This document shows positions 1 through 8,751 of a stretch of 13,879 nt of DNA, piece by piece (within the stretch, counting starts at the first letter, position 1; each line of letters opens with the position of its first letter). Origin of the DNA: Lepidodermella squamata. Taxonomy: Eukaryota > Animalia > Gastrotricha. A program made the translations under genes and the position numbers. The notes beneath the pieces are model-generated. The model saw nothing but the letters and a program-made list of their open reading frames with translations. It was not told where the DNA came from and made no database searches. The DNA lies in the NCBI GenBank assembly GCA_047495785.1, contig JBLDXI010000139.1:1-13879 (forward strand), read 5' to 3'.

Positions 1-1035
1 TGCCGTCCAGGCCGCTATCCTGTCCGGTGACAAGGCTGAGGAGATCCAGGACCTGCTGCTTCTCGACGTTGCTCCTCTCACCCTCGGTATCGAAACTGCT
101 GGCGGTGTCATGACTGCACACATCTCGTGAGAGTCCACCATTCCGACCAAGCAGTCGCAAACCTTCACTACCTATTCGGACAACCAAACTGCTGTCTTGA
201 TTCAGGTAAATATTGATTAGAGATAACTAGCTTTTCGCTTGCCTTAATGATGAAGGATCCTTCCGGAGTCTTTGTGACGAGTACATTTTAAGGATCTAGA
301 CTGCCTTCCTTGAACTGATATTTTCAATATTTTCTCTTGTATTGAGTATTTTATTGGATTTGAGATTAATGTTACGCTTTTCTTTGTATTCAGGTCTACG
401 AAGGTGAGCGTGCCATGACCAAGGACAACAACCTGCTGGGCAAGTTCGAGCTGACCAGCATCCCGCCCGCCCCTCGTGGTGTTCCTCAGATCGACGTCAC
501 CTTCGATATTGATGCCAACGGTATCATGAACGTGTCGGCCGTCGAAAAGAGCACTGGTCGCGAGAACAAGATCACCATCACCAACGACAAGGGCCGTCTG
601 TCAAAGGACGACATCGAGCGCATGGTGAAGGATGCTGACAAGTACCGCGCTGAAGACGACAAGCAGAAGGAGCGCATTCAGTCGAAGAACGCTCTCGAGT
701 CGTACGTCTTCGCCATGAAGCAGTCGGTTGAAGACGAGAAGCTGAAGGACAAGATCAGCGACTCTGACCGTCAGACGATCCAGGACAAGTGCAAGGAAAT
801 GCTGGACTGGCTCGACAAGAACCAGCTGGCCGAGAAGGAAGAGTTCGACCACAAGCAGAAGGAACTCGAGGGCGTCTGCAATCCGATCATCATGAAGGCC
901 TACCAAGCCGGTGGTGGTGCTCCTGGTGGCATGCCTGGCGGTATGCCCGGTGGTATGCCTGGCGCCGGTGGTGCTCCCGGAGCTGGTGGTGCGAGCAGCG
1001 GCCGCGGTGGCCCGACCATTGAGGAAGTCGATTAA
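1..1035 (+). pseudogene. hsp70: Partial Hsp70/Hsc70 copy (end of exon 2 1-205, intron 206-393, exon 3 394-1035) with in-frame TGA at 128-130
   Basis: Matches the minus-strand gene except 118-134, where [10 protein letters not shown] becomes TAHIS*ESTI. Donor CAG|GTAAAT at 205/206, acceptor TTCAG|GTC at 393/394. The stop could be a sequencing or assembly error. Confidence 0.7.
247..318 (+). ncRNA. Candidate intronic box C/D snoRNA (left-arm copy)
   Basis: Box C ATGATGA 247-253, D'-like CGGA 264-267, C'-like GTGACGA 274-280, box D CTGA 315-318. Guide CTGCCTTCCTTG 301-312 is complementary to conserved 18S CAAGGAAGGCAG. Internal stem GATCCTT/AAGGATC (256-262/290-296). Confidence 0.72.
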
Positions 1036-1295
1036 ATCGCTAATGAATGAACAATCAAATGCATCTCGAATTTCTATAAGAATTTATGTGTCGAACTGAA
1101 AATCAATGTCATCACATGTTTAGTTCGTCCTTTTGTCGGCATAGTAAAACAGGAAAGACATTGCCCTCAGTCATGTTTTATTCAAAAAATACTTATAATG
1201 TTATGTTTTTGTAAGCGAGGCTATCCGGAAAATAGCCGAAAAATCTAGTACATTCAGTATCGGTGTGATGTCGAATTGTGATGCTAAGCATAGAA

Positions 1296-1301
1296 AATAA
1301 A
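1296..1301 (+). promoter_or_regulatory. Possible polyadenylation signal of hsp70 (second AATAAA at 1387-1392; mirrors 5695-5700 and 5604-5609 on minus strand)
   Basis: AATAAA about 260 nt after the stop codon. Confidence 0.4.
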
Positions 1302-1610
1302 GCAACATCAGAATTATATTATGGTCTTGAATTATATATGTCACTGCACGTTTGAGTTGAGAGTAAGTGCAAATACAATCAACATCAATAAAACATCAGA
1401 CTAAGCTCATCAGAATGTGTTTTTTGCGTGTCTTGAAAACCTTACGAGTTTTTTTACCAGGTTCTATGACTAGGTGCTTACTTCCACATGGTCAGATCAA
1501 GGAAACGTATATTACAAGGGTATGACAATTAAACGCGCCTGGTTTATATAAACATTCGCTGAATCATAGCGGTCTCATAGATAGATGAATCGATTAAAAT
1601 ATGTGCATAG

Positions 1611-3335
1611 TAGCCGCTTTTACACTACAAGCACATATGTATTTCTGACTGTTCATAGTAATGAAGTCCACACAGTACCGTCAGATGGGGCGACTTTGGA
1701 CAGTGGGGTGACATTGCCACGGAAAAATGGGGCGACTTTCGCATAGCCATATCTCAGAGGTATCAAGATAAAGACCCCTTGAGTGGGATACCGTTGGAAA
1801 GCCCGAGAAAAGACCAACTGGAATGTCTTGAACATACTTCAGCCTTTAACAATACCTGGTAATTAAACACAGGTAAAGTTGAGCGACAAAATACACTTTT
1901 CGGCAGAATATAGATGACTCTAAAGTCGACCAGGTGTGCTCAAAATGAAAAGACCTTGTCATTTTCGAGCAGCCCCCGACACAAGCTATCCAGCGGTACC
2001 CAACTTGTGAGGTATCCACCTTTCCACCTGCGGTTTGAGTTAGGGCAAAGTCACCCCATCTGCATCTAAACCGTACTCAGGGTCACTTTGCCACCCTTCC
2101 ACGTCATTTATCAAGGTACATACGGCCCAAAAGGTTCCACGACGTATATAATTAAATTCTCCATCATCAGGGCTTTCCATTGACATCCTACTTGACATGT
2201 ATCATGTCTGAGAAAATGACGTCGTGTGTAATCTAAACTCGATCGCAAAAACCTATGGCAATGTCACCCCCATGGCCAAAGTCGCCCCATCTGACGGTAG
2301 TATTAGGTGTTGCGCAATCGCCGCAAGCGATGAAAATGCCAAGTTAAATTTTAATTTTTTGGAAATCAGAGTTCCAATTTGAAGGTCACTGAAATTTTGG
2401 AGGTACATTGAGGTATTGAAGGTATATTGAAGTAAGTATATTGATGGTAATATTTATTAAGATAATGGCGATGAGAGATTTCTGTCATTTTTGTCAATAA
2501 TATAATTAAGTTGGCCACAGCGGTAAATTTGGACCCAGAAATTATAAAAATCCCTATAATATATCAAAAATATATATCAGCTAGTGATCATGGCTCCTCT
2601 TATCGCTTCTTGAGATTAGACTCGGCATTTTAAATAAATTTCTAGCATTAATTGGCAGCTAAGCCAAAAAAGATTTCCTGCTCGACAAAAAATATTTCGA
2701 TTGAAATTTTTTTCTTATTTGATTACAATTTTGGCTTCGACTTCTTTGATAAGAATGCTCAGTTGAATTTATTATTTTTGGGTCTGAGGTTCCAAGCTGA
2801 AGAAATTAAGGTGGATAATCCGCGGAGAAAATCGATTATTTCCGGCCGAACAAGCCCTTTATTAAGCTTCTAATTATTGTTTTAAAATTTGAGAGCCACA
2901 GCAATATTTTCGTGTCTACCTCACCGCCTAATTTGAAAAATTTCTTTGTTATTTATCTCATTTTGGATGCATCCAGATTGTATGCCCTGTTTATGGAAAA
3001 TTTGATTACAGGCCTCAAAAACAGTAATTTAAGTCAATTTTTTGTATCAACGGTAGGTATTTTCATTTTTCTTTCAAAATAACTGCAATTATTGGCAAGT
3101 TATTTTCCCGAGGGATGGAGAAGCAATCAAAAGGCATAGTGACCAATTTTCCCGAATTTTTGCATCATTCTCAATAATTATAAAAAATATTTGATACCTT
3201 CAAAACCCGTAAAACCTTGAAAGATAAAAAGCGAGAAAACTCGAGTTTGAGTATTGCGCAATCAATTATTTGTCTTAATTAATGACGCACATATTAATTA
3301 CACTTCATACTTACGCTCTCGTGTAAAAGCGGCTA
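1611..3335. mobile_element. Putative non-autonomous DNA transposon bounded by 15-bp inverted repeats TAGCCGCTTTTACAC/GTGTAAAAGCGGCTA
   Basis: IR at 1611-1625 and 3321-3335. Flanking direct repeat TAGTA (1608-1612, 3334-3338) overlaps the IR ends. No coding capacity. Confidence 0.5.
1678..2297. mobile_element. 620-bp MITE, Tc1/mariner superfamily-like (probably pogo-type)
   Basis: 22-bp perfect TIR CCGTCAGATGGGGCGACTTTGG, extending imperfectly to about 42 bp through GGGGTGACATTGCCA. TA duplication at 1676-1677 and 2298-2299. Internal repeats of GGGGYGACWTT; no transposase. Confidence 0.88.
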
Positions 3336-3445
3336 GTACCTACCAAAGTAAAACTTTGTTCCTAGTAACAAGGGAAGTATCGAACCAGCTCTAGAGGTCC
3401 AGACAAGAAGACCAAAAATCCCTCTCGAGGATCTACTCCGTACGC

Positions 3446-3465
3446 TGCAGAATCATGATTCTGCA
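3446..3465. repeat. Perfect 20-bp palindrome TGCAGAATCATGATTCTGCA in the spacer
   Basis: Self reverse-complementary with no loop. Confidence 0.9.
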
Positions 3466-3670
3466 AATCGGGCTAAATGATGATGAAAAATTCTCTGAAA
3501 ATGAAAGGACAGAAGCTTCAACTAAGTTTGACAAGAAAGAGCGACTTCAGCCCCACAAAAATCAAAGAGACCGGGTAAAGACCTCGCGAGTAGGGTAGAG
3601 ATAGAAGCCTGCATTAAGGGCTATTCGAAAATGTGACATAATGTCCCATAATTAATGCTAGCAAAGAAAA

Positions 3671-5385
3671 TACACGAGAGCGTAAGTATGAAGTGTAATT
3701 AATATGTGCGTCATTAATTAAGACAAATAATTGATTGCGTAATACTCAAACTCGAGTTTTCTCGCTTTTTATCTTTCAAGGTTTTACGGGTTTTGAAGGT
3801 ATCAAATATTTTTTATAATTATTGAGAATGATGCAAAAATTCGGGAAAATTGGTCACTATGCCTTTTGATTGCTTCTCCATCCCTCGGGAAAATAACTTG
3901 CCAATAATTGCAGTTATTTTGAAAGAAAAATGAAAATACCTACCGTTGATACAAAAAATTGACTTAAATTACTGTTTTTGAGGCCTGTAATCAAATTTTC
4001 CATAAACAGGGCATACAATCTGGATGCATCCAAAATGAGATAAATAACAAAGAAATTTTTCAAATTAGGCGGTGAGGTAGACACGAAAATATTGCTGTGG
4101 CTCTCAAATTTTAAAACAATAATTAGAAGCTTAATAAAGGGCTTGTTCGGCCGGAAATAATCGATTTTCTCCGCGGATTATCCACCTTAATTTCTTCAGC
4201 TTGGAACCTCAGACCCAAAAATAATAAATTCAACTGAGCATTCTTATCAAAGAAGTCGAAGCCAAAATTGTAATCAAATAAGAAAAAAATTTCAATCGAA
4301 ATATTTTTTGTCGAGCAGGAAATCTTTTTTGGCTTAGCTGCCAATTAATGCTAGAAATTTATTTAAAATGCCGAGTCTAATCTCAAGAAGCGATAAGAGG
4401 AGCCATGATCACTAGCTGATATATATTTTTGATATATTATAGGGATTTTTATAATTTCTGGGTCCAAATTTACCGCTGTGGCCAACTTAATTATATTATT
4501 GACAAAAATGACAGAAATCTCTCATCGCCATTATCTTAATAAATATTACCATCAATATACTTACTTCAATATACCTTCAATACCTCAATGTACCTCCAAA
4601 ATTTCAGTGACCTTCAAATTGGAACTCTGATTTCCAAAAAATTAAAATTTAACTTGGCATTTTCATCGCTTGCGGCGATTGCGCAACACCTAATACTACC
4701 GTCAGATGGGGCGACTTTGGCCATGGGGGTGACATTGCCATAGGTTTTTGCGATCGAGTTTAGATTACACACGACGTCATTTTCTCAGACATGATACATG
4801 TCAAGTAGGATGTCAATGGAAAGCCCTGATGATGGAGAATTTAATTATATACGTCGTGGAACCTTTTGGGCCGTATGTACCTTGATAAATGACGTGGAAG
4901 GGTGGCAAAGTGACCCTGAGTACGGTTTAGATGCAGATGGGGTGACTTTGCCCTAACTCAAACCGCAGGTGGAAAGGTGGATACCTCACAAGTTGGGTAC
5001 CGCTGGATAGCTTGTGTCGGGGGCTGCTCGAAAATGACAAGGTCTTTTCATTTTGAGCACACCTGGTCGACTTTAGAGTCATCTATATTCTGCCGAAAAG
5101 TGTATTTTGTCGCTCAACTTTACCTGTGTTTAATTACCAGGTATTGTTAAAGGCTGAAGTATGTTCAAGACATTCCAGTTGGTCTTTTCTCGGGCTTTCC
5201 AACGGTATCCCACTCAAGGGGTCTTTATCTTGATACCTCTGAGATATGGCTATGCGAAAGTCGCCCCATTTTTCCGTGGCAATGTCACCCCACTGTCCAA
5301 AGTCGCCCCATCTGACGGTACTGTGTGGACTTCATTACTATGAACAGTCAGAAATACATATGTGCTTGTAGTGTAAAAGCGGCTA
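3671..5385. mobile_element. Mirror copy of the putative TIR element, lacking the last 10 nt of its inner IR
   Basis: Outer IR GTGTAAAAGCGGCTA at 5371-5385; the inner end is cut at the palindrome junction and only TACAC remains. Confidence 0.45.
4699..5318. mobile_element. Mirror copy of the 620-bp MITE
   Basis: TA|CCGTCAGATGGGG at 4697-4711 and CCCCATCTGACGG|TA ending at 5320. Confidence 0.88.
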
Positions 5386-5960
5386 CTATGCACATATTTT
5401 AATCGATTCATCTATCTATGAGACCGCTATGATTCAGCGAATGTTTATATAAACCAGGCGCGTTTAATTGTCATACCCTTGTAATATACGTTTCCTTGAT
5501 CTGACCATGTGGAAGTAAGCACCTAGTCATAGAACCTGGTAAAAAAACTCGTAAGGTTTTCAAGACACGCAAAAAACACATTCTGATGAGCTTAGTCTGA
5601 TGTTTTATTGATGTTGATTGTATTTGCACTTACTCTCAACTCAAACGTGCAGTGACATATATAATTCAAGACCATAATATAATTCTGATGTTGCTTTATT
5701 TTCTATGCTTAGCATCACAATTCGACATCACACCGATACTGAATGTACTAGATTTTTCGGCTATTTTCCGGATAGCCTCGCTTACAAAAACATAACATTA
5801 TAAGTATTTTTTGAATAAAACATGACTGAGGGCAATGTCTTTCCTGTTTTACTATGCCGACAAAAGGACGAACTAAACATGTGATGACATTGATTTTCAG
5901 TTCGACACATAAATTCTTATAGAAATTCGAGATGCATTTGATTGTTCATTCATTAGCGAT

Positions 5961-8171
5961 TTAATCGACTTCCTCAATGGTCGGGCCACCGCGGCCGCTG
6001 CTCGCACCACCAGCTCCGGGAGCACCACCGGCGCCAGGCATACCACCGGGCATACCGCCAGGCATGCCACCAGGAGCACCACCACCGGCTTGGTAGGCCT
6101 TCATGATGATCGGATTGCAGACGCCCTCGAGTTCCTTCTGCTTGTGGTCGAACTCTTCCTTCTCGGCCAGCTGGTTCTTGTCGAGCCAGTCCAGCATTTC
6201 CTTGCACTTGTCCTGGATCGTCTGACGGTCAGAGTCGCTGATCTTGTCCTTCAGCTTCTCGTCTTCAACCGACTGCTTCATGGCGAAGACGTACGACTCG
6301 AGAGCGTTCTTCGACTGAATGCGCTCCTTCTGCTTGTCGTCTTCAGCGCGGTACTTGTCAGCATCCTTCACCATGCGCTCGATGTCGTCCTTTGACAGAC
6401 GGCCCTTGTCGTTGGTGATGGTGATCTTGTTCTCGCGACCAGTGCTCTTTTCGACGGCCGACACGTTCATGATACCGTTGGCATCAATATCGAAGGTGAC
6501 GTCGATCTGAGGAACACCACGAGGGGCGGGCGGGATGCTGGTCAGCTCGAACTTGCCCAGCAGGTTGTTGTCCTTGGTCATGGCACGCTCACCTTCGTAG
6601 ACCTGAATACAAAGAAAAGCGTAACATTAATCTCAAATCCAATAAAATACTCAATACAAGAGAAAATATTGAAAATATCAGTTCAAGGAAGGCAGTCTAG
6701 ATCCTTAAAATGTACTCGTCACAAAGACTCCGGAAGGATCCTTCATCATTAAGGCAAGCGAAAAGCTAGTTATCTCTAATCAATATTTACCTGAATCAAG
6801 ACAGCAGTTTGGTTGTCCGAATAGGTAGTGAAGGTTTGCGACTGCTTGGTCGGAATGGTGGTGTTGCGCTTGATGATAGCAGTCATGACACCGCCAGCAG
6901 TTTCGATACCGAGGGTGAGAGGAGCAACGTCGAGAAGCAGCAGGTCCTGGATCTCCTCAGCCTTGTCACCGGACAGGATAGCGGCCTGGACGGCAGCACC
7001 GTAGGCGACGGCTTCGTCGGGGTTGATCGACTTGTTGAGCTCCTTGCCGTTGAAGAAGTCTTGCAGCAGCTTCTGGACCTTCGGGATACGAGTAGAACCA
7101 CCGACCAACACAACTTCGTGAATTTGGGCCTTGTCCATCTTAGCATCACGCAGTGACTTTTCGACGGGCTCGAGGGTGCCGCGGAACAAGTCAGCGTTCA
7201 GCTCTTCGAAACGAGCACGGGTGATGTTCGAGTAGAAATCAATGCCGTCATACAGCGAATCGATTTCAACAGAGGCCTGGGTGCTGGACGAGAGGGAACG
7301 CTTCGCACGCTCGCAAGCGGTACGCAGACGACGGAGGGCACGCTTGTTCTCCGAGATGTCCTTCTTGTTCTTGCGCTTGAATTCTTCGACGAAGTAGTTG
7401 ACCATGCGGTTATCGAAATCTTCACCACCCAAGTGAGTATCACCAGCAGTAGACTTGACTTCGAAGATACCGTCTTCGATGGTCAGGATGGAGACATCGA
7501 AGGTACCACCTCCCAAGTCGAAGATGAGAACGTTGCGCTCACCACCAACCTTCTTGTCAAGACCGTAGGCAATGGCGGCGGCAGTCGGTTCGTTGATGAT
7601 GCGGAGGACATTCATGCCAGAGATGGTGCCGGCATCCTTGGTAGCTTGACGCTGCGAGTCGTTGAAATACGCAGGGACAGTAACGACAGCGTTAGTGACT
7701 TTCTTGCCCAAGTAGGCTTCAGCGATCTCCTTCATCTTCGTGAGGACCATGGCAGAGATTTCTTCGGGGAAGAACGTCTTGGTCTCACCCTTGTACAACA
7801 CCTGGATTTTCGGCTTGCCACTGTCGGCAACAACCTTGAACGGCCAGTGCTTCATGTCGCTCTGGACCACGGGGTCATCAAAACGACGGCCGATGAGACG
7901 CTTCGCGTCGAAGACGGTGTTTTCAGGGTTCATGGCGACCTGGTTCTTCGCGGCATCACCGATCAACCTCTCGGTGTCGGTGAAGGCTACGTAGGACGGC
8001 GTAGTCCTGTTACCCTGGTCGTTGGCGATGATTTCAACTGTAAAAATGCGTAATTAGGTCAAAATCCAAGTAAATTATTTGGGATAACATACCCTTTCCG
8101 TGTTGAAAGACACCGACGCAGGAGTAAGTAGTACCCAAATCAATACCAATCGCGGGAGCTTTAGCAGCCAT
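5961..8171 (-). CDS. hsp70: Cytosolic Hsp70/Hsc70 chaperone, 655 aa; exons 8171-8093, 8037-6791, 6602-5961
   Basis: Starts [26 protein letters not shown]|[19 protein letters not shown]. Contains signatures [14 protein letters not shown] and [18 protein letters not shown] repeats and C-terminal [12 protein letters not shown] introns 8092-8038 (55 bp) and 6790-6603 (188 bp) restore the frame (79+1247+642=1968 nt). Introns and GGMP repeats suggest the cognate (HSPA8-like) type. Confidence 0.97.
6678..6749 (-). ncRNA. Candidate intronic box C/D snoRNA in hsp70 intron 2 (intact host copy)
   Basis: Mirror of 247-318, in sense orientation to the host gene; box D lies 75 nt upstream of the 3' splice site. 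Confidence 0.72.
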
Positions 8172-8288
8172 ATTTGTTAGTCGAAATGTTCAACAGATAG
8201 AATAAAATATAACTAACAAGTCCTCAAATGCACTCGCTGTATTTCTGTCGCGTCGAAGAGTGAAGAGACTAGAAGGATACCTACGCAA

Positions 8289-8295
8289 ATATATA
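8289..8295 (-). promoter_or_regulatory. hsp70 TATA box (TATATAT)
   Basis: About 120 nt upstream of the ATG. A pyrimidine-rich initiator-like TCTCTTCACTCTTC lies about 30 nt downstream (8255-8268, minus). Confidence 0.6.
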
Positions 8296-8314
8296 CGGCG
8301 TTGCCGGCACACGC

Positions 8315-8338
8315 TCAGGATCAGGATCAGGATCAGGA
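8315..8338 (-). repeat. (TCCTGA)4 microsatellite tail of the LINE
   Basis: TCAGGA x4 on the plus strand, at the expected LINE 3' terminus. Confidence 0.85.
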
Positions 8339-8751
8339 ATTACGATTTCTCCTCGCCCTGACGGACTCAAGCTTTCGCCATAAGGCGGAGCTTGTGAGAA
8401 AATCGCGAGCTTACGCTCTAGGAAAGTTTGAACTGGTTTACTAACTACTTGATTGAAATCCCTACCCCTGGTACTCCAGTTATTGCTGACTGTTTCTCCA
8501 GGGCCCAGGCATTAGTGCCCAGGTGGCTTTTCCACTCACTCAGCGAAGCCTACAAACGCCGTCGTAGCAAGAAAGCTACCAAAAGACTAGTTGGAGAATT
8601 ATTTACAAGAGTAGAGATAATTTACAAGAGGTAAATCCACGGAGCTAAAATATAGATAATTTAATGACGGAGCTATAAAAGAAAATAAAGTATATTACAT
8701 TTGGTTGAGTATAGGCTTTGAAAAATATAAATAGAAATTTGGAAAACTCAT

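Larger units (their letters stand above)
1..3325. repeat. Left arm of giant inverted repeat (truncated by window start)
   Basis: Reverse complement of 3671-6995 with constant coordinate sum 6996 (ORFs 415..1035/5961..6581, 1653..1835/5161..5343 and 2652..2873/4123..4344 are identical). Complementarity stops at 3325/3671. Confidence 0.97.
3671..6995. repeat. Right arm of giant inverted repeat
   Basis: Mirror of 1-3325. Differences seen by eye: patch 6862-6878 vs 118-134, and a single mismatch 3740 vs 3256. Confidence 0.97.

Noticed and set aside
486-1099. Overlapping ORFs 486..677, 601..906, 789..1022, 911..1099 and their mirrors
   Set aside because: Shadow or alternate frames of GC3-rich hsp70 coding sequence.
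1219-1237. 3' UTR hairpin GGCTAT-N7-ATAGCC
   Set aside because: A 6-bp stem is within chance expectation.
2400-2450. Degenerate AGGTATATTGA tandem repeat
   Set aside because: Low-complexity local duplication; not CRISPR-like and no evident function.
1653-2873. ORFs 1653..1835 and 2652..2873 (and mirrors)
   Set aside because: Short, within MITE or AT-rich repeat DNA, with no transposase motifs.
2307-3263. GTRTTGCGCAATC at 2307-2319 and 3251-3263
   Set aside because: Short match with a palindromic core and no TSD; not enough to define an element.
6809-8053. Antisense ORFs 6809..7156, 7433..8053, 7740..7994
   Set aside because: Long antisense frames are a well-known by-product of hsp70 codon usage; no independent evidence.
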